A DNA stretch of 61,432 bases, filler included, from Catajapyx aquilonaris (lineage: Eukaryota), in assembly GCA_000934665.2 (NCBI GenBank). It is 3 parts of 3 records of this genome, joined end to end, with 100 filler letters (N's around TTAATTAATTAA, not from the genome) between each part and the next. Parts side by side here need not be neighbours in the genome. Positions count along the whole stretch, not along the records: positions 41,025 to 61,432 come from JYFJ02006261.1; 2 more parts are not named here. One strand, 5' to 3'. Of this stretch, positions 51,136 to 61,432 are shown piece after piece. The notes beneath the pieces were generated by a model. That model searched no databases. It was not told the DNA's origin and was given only the letters and a program-made list of their open reading frames with translations. Numbering within the stretch: the stretch's first letter is position 1; each line of letters begins with the position of its first letter. The translations under genes were made by a program, and so were the position numbers.

Positions 51136-54100
51136 TTATTCGTACCCACGACCTCCATCGTCGATGCGGTTACTGTCCCACCAACCACCCAGGCTGCTGG
51201 GTTCGGCTTCATAGTAACGGCCAGAAAACTCCATTCCAGTAGGGGACCCGGTAGGTGTCAGGTCAGGGCCCACGCTGGTCATCCCTGGCCAGGGATACAT
51301 GGATGGCGGTCGCTCATGGTAGATGTAGATTTGGGATGAAGATTCTGGGAGGGGGTCCTGTTCGGGTTCGGAGTCAGGAGTGTGGCGAGATAAGTAGGAG
51401 CCAAAGAGGATAGGGATTTCGTGGAGGAATTTGGAGCCTATCCATACGTAGCTGTTTCCTCCATGGTGGTGGAGCTGGTTCAGCTGTAGGATGCAAAATT
51501 TGAGGTGATATATGGCAGTATCAAGAGTTCGGAGTCAGTAATTTGGTTTTTTAAGTGCTCATTCTGACCACAAAGGTCCTGAAATTTTATTTTTATACTG
51601 TGAGACTTGTAAGAAAAATTTCAAGCAGGGCAGGATGATGCCGTATTTATTGTCTCAAGTTGAAATGATTACACTCTGCAACACGATATTATTTTGTCCA
51701 TGGAAATTCATTGCTATTTCCGTGTTCCTTAGGTCATTCGTAAATGAATGCCCATTATGAGTTCTCATAATGGGCATTCATTTTGTCTTCGATTTGTTTT
51801 TGACCTCGGGGCAGTCAAAAAACCAAAATCCTCAAATATAGCATGTTTTTCCCAAACAAGTGGGCCTAAATGTTGCTAGACCATCTCGGATTTTTCTGAA
51901 AATAATCACAGCTGTACGCACCTATGCCATAACAATGCCTATCAGGTTTCAGCCAAATTGCGTGCAATATCGTGGGGAGGGGAAAATATCTCGAAATTTT
52001 GAAAATGGAGCCTTTTTCGGATGATTTTTTCGGTTATTGGATGTGGTCAAAACCCAATCAATAACATCAAATGAAAGAGAAATGCGAGTGGAATGCGCCA
52101 AGGGAATCTGTTTTTCTCGAAAATGCACTCAGAAAAACCTGTGTGGCATTCCATCAGTCACATGTCCAAGAATTTGACTCCATCAGAATTAATGGTAATT
52201 TGCCAAAACATATCAATTATTTTCTCACGCAAACACATCACTAATTTTTGGGGGTCTAAACACTTGGACATGTTACTGAGCATGTGACCGATGGAATGCC
52301 ATACATGTTTTTCTGAGTGCATTTTCCAGAAAAACAAATTCCATAGGCACATTCTACTCGAGTTTCTCTTTCATTTGATGTATATGTTGATTGGGGTTTG
52401 ACCACTTCCAATAACCGAAAAATTATCCAAAAAATGCTCCATTTTCAAAATTTTGCGATTTTTTTCCCTCCCCACGGTATTTTGCAATTTGGCTGAAACT
52501 TGATATGCTGTGTTACAGCGTAGGTGTTTACAGCTGTGATTATTTTCAGAAAAATCCGAGATGGTCTAGCAACATTTAGGCCCACTTGATTGGGAAAAAC
52601 ATGCTATATTTGAGGACTTTGGTTTTTTGCCTGCCCCGAGGTCAAAAACAAATCAAAGACAAAATGAATTCCCATTATGAGTTACTTGTGACCCAAGGAA
52701 CACGAATATGACGATGAATTTCCATGGACAAAAATAGTCAAATTTTGTTGCATAGTGTTATAAGTATAAGTAAATAATACCATAGCAAATAGGATACCTA
52801 TATCAAACTGATCACTACACTCTATACATTTCCCCTACTATCAATAGTCAGATTTCTCCTTGAGAAGTGTTGACTTTCATAATAGAAGATAAAAGAGGCA
52901 GTGGAGTGCAGTATATTAGATTTAGATTTTTTGAGTGTGTAAGTGACGTGGTTTCTTGCACCTCTGGCCATCCGGATGAGTTTCAACTCAAAAGTCACAT
53001 CTGGATTTACTATAAACTAAGTGAATAAGCTATCAAATATAATCACGACCCACGTAATATTAATTTATCATGTTCTCTCCTCTTCTTGGAGACTCGACCA
53101 CCCTAAAGGGACCACCATGTCCCAAAATTTAAAACTTGATATTGTATTCTTAAAACGTCACATGTCTTTAAAAAGGTATTTACGTAGGTGTAACTCCGAT
53201 TTTCTTCTATGATCCAGACGGAAGATATGCATGTGAAAAGTTGAAACTGGTTGGGGATCACGTGACAACAGGTGACATAATATGTCACTTTTTAGATAGG
53301 GCTACTAGTGACCCAAGCCAAAGCGAACACATTCCTCGCGTTATCTCGATATTTTTTAAAGTTTTGAGGCAGTGGTCCTTTATGATATTGTACAGTACAA
53401 CGATGCAGTACATTGTATTACCATTTACTCGGCTCTCTAAAATATTCCAGATGCTTCACCTAGCAAAGTAAAAGAATCATTTAACTATATGGAATGCTGG
53501 TGAAATAAATTAACTGAAGAGAATTTGCTATGGCAGTAATGGCACAGAATACAGAAAGTTTAATTTTATACTACGTACATGCACTGCCCAAGTAGGTACC
53601 CAGATCAAGTGGAAGAGAAGTTGTTGACTCATGTAACCAGTTTAAACAGAAGCAACCTTCTTCTCTTGGGACTGGTTGTTGGATTGAGCAATCCATGACT
53701 TTTATCCCCTATAACTATAACACCCTCATGAACTGTGGACTAGTGCAGTGCAAAACTCATGACAGATTTTAACAGCGGTTATCAAATGGAATTTCACAGC
53801 AGCATCCCCAGCTGTATACCATGGCTGCGAATTGTACCTACACACTCGTTCAGTTTCCAATTTATAAGTGGGGGGAGGGGAGGATCATTGTAGAATTTCA
53901 TTTTAATTAAAATAAGTGAAAAAGACTCCCACTTACAAGCGTCATAATTTCCACTGAAAAGTGAGAAAGAAAACATTTTCCACTTAAGTGGAAGTGAAGT
54001 CATTTTTCCACATAGAACCGCTTTCATTTCCACTAAATATAAATGGAAAATAATTCCCCCCCTTTTAAGTATAGAATTAGGGCGGTTTTAAGTGGAAAAG

Positions 54101-55408
54101 CGTCTTTTTCCACTTAATATAAGACAGTGGAAACTGAACGAGAATGTAATCACATTTGTGACTGCCACAAGTCATAATACAAGTAGATGCTATAAAATGT
54201 GTATTCTGACACCGTTTGCTGGTTGAACCAAGAAGTTCCCCTAAAATAATATACCGCCGCTCTGCCAAGTGGCTAGAAAATATATTGAGTAGGCTACCTC
54301 TCTTCAAACTCTCATTAGGTATGCGACACTCTAGGTTACTTGACCAATTTTAGCGGAGGACGGTAAAGCTCACCGAACTTCTCTATTACTAAACAGCATT
54401 ATACTGTATGCGTTTCTCGTTTCATATGAGGAAGTCCATTTCCCCTCTCCCGTATATGACACACGTTTTAAGTGCAAGCCAATTAGAATCTGCATTACCG
54501 GGCCTAAGTAGTTAGGAGCCAGGCATGTCCTGTATATTGCAAGTTTGATTGCTAATTTAGTAAAATACGACTAGTATACGAGTAGAACAGTGTTGATAGC
54601 ATTTCATGAGACTTTGACAGCATTTTTGATCATCAGAATGAGAAAGTAAGGAATAACTTCTATGCAAGACAACTTCATCTGGAGAAATATATTGCATTGA
54701 ATCTCTCAGGAAGGTATGAATTGAATGTCATTAGAATGAAAGGAAAACTTGCTTTGTTAAGACAAACTTACCGTGTAGTGTAAAGCGTGAGGAACCCCCT
54801 TGACGTGCATTTCAGCACCGGTCATTTTGGAAGAACTTGATGGTACGTAATTAGTGGCTTCGTATATTTGATTTGTTTCGGGAGCAGAAAGGTGACCTCC
54901 TAATACGCATGTTACGACCGCAGCGAATGAAACTGCCTGAAAATGTAAAACTCGTTATGGGATCACACAGCACCGCTAAAAAACCAATGGTCCACGGAAT
55001 TGTTTCAAATGATGATAACTTTTGTCTCCAAACTTTTAACAATAATCATTACTGCCGATAGGACAATACGTGCGGCACCCTGCGGCACACATTTTAATTA
55101 TTTCGAACTTTCTAATTATATTGCCATAAATATTGAACGGATGGAACAATAAATGTGAGAGACAAAAATATAATAACCTCCCAGTGGTCCACAATTCCAG
55201 CAATGGTGTAGGATAATGGCTATATTGAAATGTACTTTGATTGCTATATCAATATTGAGAAAAGTAACATTTTTGTTAAATTAGGCTCAAATGACATAAG
55301 GAAACACAAGAAAATATTAAAATCAATGAGATTAATTAGAAATATTTGCATGAGCAAGTGTTTGAATTCTGCTGTTCAACTCACCACTCGATTCACAGAT
55401 CTCGCCAT
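51136..55408 (-). CDS. Candidate orphan secreted protein (tentative spliced model)
   Basis: Phase-0 exons with strong splice sites: 55408-55385 (MARSVNRV|GTGAGT), 54936-54772 (AVSFAAVVTCVLGGHLSAPE...HALHYT|GTAAGT) and terminal 51483-51136 (115 open codons, LNQLHHHGGNSYVWIG...GGRGYE*). Minus-strand AATAAA at ~50859-50854. Middle exons are unresolved and no family was recognised. Confidence 0.35.
51670..52760. mobile_element. Large foldback/MITE with ~480-bp inverted arms
   Basis: 51697-52170 is the inverted copy of 52275-52735; partial copies at ~20990-21420, 13600-13710 and 12520-12780. Confidence 0.8.
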
Positions 55409-58400
55409 CACCACAACCTTCTGTTAACAATACAGAGAAAGATATAATAAGTCGCATACGACTTTCAGTTATTTTATATCCAATATGTTGGAAAATGCCC
55501 CGCCTCCTCAACGGTGTGTGAATCGCCTCAACCTTTGAAGGGCAAAATAAACGGTGAAATGGGGGCGAAAAACATAGAATCTTGACCTTGTTTTCATCGT
55601 TGAATGCAACAGAGGTGTGGCCCTAGTCTCTCGCGAAGAAAAAAAAAATCGACCACACATGTAGGAGCGATTTTCTCCCGGCGCGGCGTCACGTTTGAAC
55701 CGCAATGTTTCTCTTCCATAACCCTCGTCAGGCAGACTCACGCGAAATCGTTTTATTGGCCGCAGTCACGCAAGGTAAAGGCTCACCACATTCACAACGC
55801 TTTTGACAGGTCTTTTTATCTGAGGATTTTGTTCTAAGATGCGGTGTTAGATTCCGGAATTTGTTCGCTTTTTCCCCCGGCTGCCTGCCAGACTTATGGG
55901 TAAGAAATCCGTGAGAACGTTTTAAATGCGCGGGAAAAGTGACTGTTAAGTTAATGTAAGGCAGATAATTATTTCTAAATATTTCAGCGAAACAACTTGA
56001 TGACTCTTCTTATCACAGATAGTATTTTATGAATTTCCTAAATGGGGAAAAAACTAGCCGCAAAATACTAAGTTCTCGGCAGTACATGACGATATGGCGA
56101 CAGTTTTCGTTCTCAATTTAAATTTTTATAAAGCATCTTTCTGTCTCATATATTCAAACGTGCATAAAACGAAAGTTAAACTTTATTTAGATATTCATTA
56201 TGTGAACTTGTGAAGGGTTTTAAAATATTAACTTCATATTGGGTTTTGATTTATGTTGGACAAAATATAGCTTACAAGGGTATATTGTCTTACCTGTCTG
56301 CATTGCACCATTGTTAAGGGCAGGAGGTGGGAGAACCCAGGTCGGAACCCCCATATTTAAAACGTAGGGGAGGACCTGATGGATACTCCCCCAAGGTACA
56401 GGGTGGTTGCAGTCAAATATGACACGTTCCAATTAATATTTTCCGTATTGACAACCAATTCCCTCACAATTACTGGAGCAAATATGTCTGGCAGGAATAT
56501 CACAGCCCACAAAGAATATTCATATATTCCAAGCACTTTTTTTTCTCCAACTGATGCTCCCGGTTGATGCTCACAGAGCATCATCATTGCTGGCCACATG
56601 AGGATCTTTTTCTGTGCCTTTGTATCTCCTCGGATAACACGAGCACCGGGCAAAGAATTCCGGAAAATGAACCAGAGCTCCTGGCGAAAGGTTCCATGGA
56701 AGTCAATATGGGAAAGGTGGGAAACATACGGGTCAGGATGTGGTTCCCTTCCCAATTCAGAAGGTGGGGGTCTCCTCTGTCACATATAATCGAGTACTTT
56801 TCATGATTGATTTGATATTTTGATACCTTTAGCATAGAATGTTGGGGGCGACTTTTTAACAAATAAAACATGTAGGCTACACATAATGCATAAAATCCAT
56901 AGTAGAGGACAACTGCAAGCATTTAGCCTATTTTATCATAATAATGGTCATTGCAATGATTGTGCTTAAAGTCGCGTGGTTGGCAGCATAAAGGTCTGCA
57001 CTAGGCCTATTTATAAATAACGTATTATTAATTTGGAGGAACATACAACATACGATTTTAAGTTTTAATACTTGAGGAAGTGTTCCTTGCCTAACAGAGT
57101 AGTAGTTTGACATGTTAGTGTCGGGAATGATTTCACAAGACTCTCACATGCAATTTAGTCGTCTGAAATGGCATGCTGACTAATCACACCATTTATATCA
57201 TCATGTAATATTGTTGGTCAGTCACTATCATTTACTCTCTCATGCGTACCTTAGAAGAGCAATGCCTATACCTAATAAGGAAAACAATCCACCTAATAAT
57301 ATGACGTGAGTGAAAGCAGGGGAATTGAAATCCCTGGACCACACTGATTGCCATAAGCAAAATTTAAGCTTAGATAAGTCGTGAGGCTTGGATTAGTTCG
57401 CATCACAGCAATAAAAACAACCAAGGTTGAGATTCGCCTGATATTTTTTGCTCTTCCCAAGTGGGAAACGTTACGAGTGTAGGCTATATGTACTTTCTCC
57501 CAGTCTTACTTTTTTACATCATTACCGTCTGCCCATGTTTTATAGAAACGTGTTTTACAGTCTTTATGAACCCGTCAGAAGCGAATTTCACTGAATATCC
57601 GCTCCATTTGGCCTCACACCTTGTAATAACGTTAAAAGGAAATTGCAGTTAAGAAAAAGGCAAACTTTTCCCACAAGGCCTGTAACACTCTCGTTTTTCT
57701 TATTCCGGTCAGTTATGTACGCATAGCACGAAAGAGCTCGATACGGGCATGATCGGGTAGCCGTTTTGTGAAGGCGAATTTCCCCCCGAAAGTAATTGGA
57801 CCCGGTTTGTACTGCGCAAAATGCAATATGGAAGCACGAATCCTCCGTCTCTTGGGGAACTTTGAAAGCAATAAACGAGTATTTGACAGCAGTGTTGTTC
57901 GGGGAAAGCGAAGTGCTATTAGGTCGGGGAGAATTAGGAAACTTTGATTCGAAGTCGACTATACAAATAGGTATGCAAAGTTCATCCCGGAGCAAAGTTA
58001 TCTCGTCCCACTCCGACATTAATTTTCATAAAGACTGGATTTTGCACCGAAAATCTTCCCGTCAAGCTCCAGCCAAGTCGAAGGTGGGTTGAACAAAGTG
58101 TCGCAAATCAGTTTCTATTCAACTTGCCACACATTTCAAGTGCACCTTGTGCACTTTGGGAACCTTCAAGCCCCGGCCTATGCGCTGCACTAAGAGCTCT
58201 TGCCATTATGATAACCAAGCTGCTCGGATACCAATGTTGTAAATGACATCGTCATTTTCAAGTCACACGGGGAAACTCTGCATTTGATCAATTGGCGCAA
58301 AAGCTCGCAGCGCGGCGTGTGTTAGAATAGGCTGGAATAACTCGTAACCAGCAATTGGCCAAAATGCTTCATTTTTTTCCATGTGCCTATCGTAGCCACG

Positions 58401-58489
58401 AGTTTTTTTAAAAATTATCTTACAATTATTTTCGCTATGAAGCCGAATTATCCAACATCAATAAAATAATTTCGCATTGGAATATATTT

Positions 58490-58829
58490 TTATTTTTATT
58501 TTTTTTAGTTGTACCCCGTTATCTGGCCGATAGGTCATTTCTAGGGGGGTGGATTACCACCATTTGGGGTTTGGAGCGATGTACATGGATATACTTAATT
58601 ACTCCAAGGGTAATTAGGAGGGGATGTGCAAAGTGCAAGTGCGCTGTCGTTAATTGGTCATTTTGTGAACTCACCCGGGTGGCTTAGTCTATCGGAAATT
58701 GCCACCCGAAACGAAGCCAGAGATGGCCCAACTCTGCACGAAAGAAGGTGGGAACCCCGGGTGGGGATTGAACCCGGGACCTTAACTTCCGTGAGCGCAC
58801 GCGTTACCGCGGCGCCACTCCGTCTCCCT
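58490..58829 (-). mobile_element. tRNA-derived SINE, family 2
   Basis: Homologous head to 45723; ACGGGGTACAACTAAAA tail. Confidence 0.85.
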
Positions 58830-59319
58830 GCATTGGAATATATATTCAAAGGGAAGTGAGCACCTTCTGCATCACCCTGTAAATACGTATTTGGTTGTAT
58901 TTTATGCCAAAGATCGGTCTCAAGGCGGGTTGATAAACTTCTGCCCAGTGATTGGCTCAAGTGAAGCAGATCCTGCCACTCGACTATAATGCTGAAGACA
59001 GTCCCAAGCCCGAGCTAGCAATTGGTAAAGGCCTTTGTACCGCAAGATTTTCCTCCCCTCTAGCAATGTTTCTCATCCCATCGATCACTCTTTAAGGTAT
59101 GCGGCCTGGGGAGTAAGGACGGGCCTAGTTCTGGCTCTTCGCCAACTCGATCTGAACCCTCTTCACACATAATTTCAACATCATTAAGCAGCCTCCGACG
59201 AAACTAATACACTGCACTTAGCAAATGTCAGGAGGCGATATTTTCATTAAGTTTTGGCGCCTTGAACGAATCCTTGCAGGATAATAAATTTCGATGTTCT
59301 GCTGACCCTGTGGACATAT

Positions 59320-59861
59320 ACAGTGTGTTCCGGATTCGTGGGTCACTTTTTCATAACTGGGTTCAGTGGGGCTTAACGTCGGCCTATTTCTGCCTCTAAG
59401 GCTCAACACCGACGCCAGGGGGTGGTCCTCCTCCTGGAAATTTGACCACTCTGGGGATCTTTAACGTGCACTCGCGCAATGTCACAAGCACACGGGACCG
59501 ACGGCTTTACTTCCCCTCCGAAGGCGCACTCTCACTTTTCTACCACCAGGAGAAAAGGCACCGACCTCGGCCGGGTTCGAACCCACAACCTTGGGACCAG
59601 AGGCGAGCGCGCTAACTACTATTCCACCAAGGTCGGTCTTTTTCATAACTGATATAGCCCGATGGATTATTTTTTTGTAGCTTGTTGTGCCCCTCACCAT
59701 GTGCTCCATTCTATAGCACCTGCTACATCAACCCCCCGTGGGTCGAATATATAGTTGTAGTTATAGAATATGGAACATGGTTAGGGGCACAAGCTACAAA
59801 ATATAACTGCTATCGGGCGATATCAGTTATCAAAATGTGACCCACGAATCTCGACCACCCT
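59320..59861. mobile_element. Tc1/mariner-type MITE with nested SINE
   Basis: TA|CAGTGTGTTCCGGATTCGTGGGTCAC ... GTGACCCACGAATCTCGACCACCCTG|TA; same family as 32680-33280. Confidence 0.75.
59360..59637 (-). mobile_element. tRNA-derived SINE, family 5
   Basis: Head GACCGACCTTGGTGGAATAGTAGTTAGCGCG...GGTTCGAACCC; 14-bp TSD CTTTTTCATAACTG (59346-59359, 59638-59651). Confidence 0.8.
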
Positions 59862-60544
59862 GTATATGAAGAGTACGGTAATAAAGCATGGCGATGAAAA
59901 ACATAATGTCTACGTCATCGCTTTATGCCAATGATCGTTATAAAGGGAGAGCATTCGATAGGTGAAAGTGAATTATTTCAGAATTACGAGCGAATTGGAT
60001 GGCTGACTTCCCTTTATTATCAGATTTCACGTCAACCCGCGTCAACCCTCCGTTACTTACGTAATTATAGACGTATTCTAGGGGGCAAAAACTTTGATTA
60101 CTATGGTGTTAAGTACGTTGAAAACTGACTCGACGGGAGGCATGGCGTTATAAGAAGTTATTGTCTGAGAACATACTGCTTAATAAGCATTTTTCAGCAA
60201 CTTACGGAAGCGAGGAAAGCACACAAACGTACGAATCCCCATACATTTACGGACTGTTGTATGTACGCAAATACACCTGGAATATAGGGGACTTAAAAAA
60301 TTGCATATTTCCAAAAATTTTGGCGTAGAAGGGGGTATGACTCTATGAGCACATCACCACGTGTGTAGTATGTTATCCAGAATATTACCTATACCGTCAA
60401 TGCTAACACAAGCAAAACTTAATTGGCACCGCACGCTGTAATTAAGCCTTCATGCAAAATTATATAGGGTGTTCTGATCCTGTCGCAGAGCAAGGGATTG
60501 CCCTATCTGAAGTAAGTGAGGGAGTTATTTACCACACTAGATGT

Positions 60545-60641
60545 ATATCGCCCAAAAAGATAGAGACGATTTAGCATTTGACTCAAGTGCAACTTGCACT
60601 TGAATCAAATGCCAATCGTCTCTATCTTTTTGAGCGATATA
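60545..60641. repeat. Near-perfect ~97-bp palindrome (mini-MITE)
   Basis: TATATCGCCCAAAAAGATAGAGACGATT...TCAAGTGCAA C TTGCACTTGA...AATCGTCTCTATCTTTTTGAGCGATATA. Confidence 0.75.
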
Positions 60642-61003
60642 GTACATTGTCATATTCCTGTTTGTATTGGAAGAATGACATTATTGCTCGCACAATGAAT
60701 CTGAAGACCGGATGTGCAAAACTCAAGTCGATCTTAAGCCTGGAAATCAATTGATACCTGATATACGATATATTCCCCCATGGCAGATGCACGGCCCAAA
60801 AGCCATATATTATCTGGTCCTCACAATATTAGTTTTGCGTCAGAAAACCTCTTTCTTTGTTTCCATAACGGCATAAATTCCACAGAAGTGGGTAACATTA
60901 TACAGCATATTTGTCAAATTCATCTCGTGTTCAAATAGCTTTTGGTAAAGTAGATGGCAATAGGTCTAATTAGTAAATCACTGATCATATGTAGGCTGAG
61001 GTC

Positions 61004-61372
61004 GGGGAAGGCGCGGTGGCCGAGATGGTAACGTCTCGGCTTGCTGAGCGGAAGGTCCCGGGTTCGATCCCCGCCCTGGATTTCCCTTCCGCCTGCGTCA
61101 GTGGGTCTCTGCCCGCGCCTAAGAAGGCGTCTTGGCAACCTAGCCTTCTGGGGGACTGCACATGACCCATTTCCGACATTGCACTTGCACCTGTGTCCCC
61201 TCCCCAAAAAATTCATATCCTTACCCCATTTCCTTGCTTCCCTGCACGGAGAACGAAGAAAAAAAGTATGAAATACTAGAAAACCGATGGTGGTAGGCCA
61301 CCCCCCTATAACGACTTACAGTTGTGTCACGGGGTATAATAATAATAATAATACAACAACAACAACAACAAC
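61004..61372 (+). mobile_element. tRNA-derived SINE, family 1 (diverged copy)
   Basis: A/B boxes, body similar to 15923-16283, CACGGGGTA followed by an (AAT)n(AAC)n tail. Confidence 0.85.
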
Positions 61373-61432
61373 ATCACGACATTTCCCTATGAGGGGTAGT
61401 CAGCGATGAAGGGAGATGCAAGCTAACCCAAC

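Noticed and set aside
56293..56776. Exon-like minus-strand block with 132-aa and 70-aa ORFs
   Set aside because: Needs a frameshift or stop to join and no family is recognisable; it could be a UTR exon of the candidate gene at 55408 but cannot be supported as CDS.
57588..58382. 143-aa minus ORF with an upstream in-frame extension containing several TGA codons (readthrough or selenoprotein idea)
   Set aside because: The extension also contains a TAA, and I recognise no domain or SECIS; more likely non-coding or decayed sequence.

Overview
Eukaryotic, TE-rich arthropod (probably hexapod) genomic DNA with two scaffold gaps. The main result is a compact cluster of three spliced insulin-superfamily genes that the ORF track largely misses, reconstructed by hand from splice sites: a dilp7/arthropod-relaxin ortholog (+, 28445-30584, 153 aa), an arthropod IGF with a C-terminal extension (+, 35006-35938, ~200 aa, probable splice variants) and a convergent gonadulin-like gene (-, 37214-36271, 126 aa) with a non-canonical 8-cysteine framework. 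The left end holds an intron-containing importin-4 pseudogene (three frameshifts, a MITE in an exon, an intact U12-type intron) and an ILF2 exon remnant. The rest is mostly DNA-transposon derivatives (Ginger-like foldback; Sola-, Tc1/mariner-, PIF- and piggyBac-like MITEs; a Helitron-type end) and several tRNA-derived SINE families. A candidate orphan secreted-protein gene lies on the minus strand at 55408-51136. All family assignments come from recalled motifs, not from database searches.
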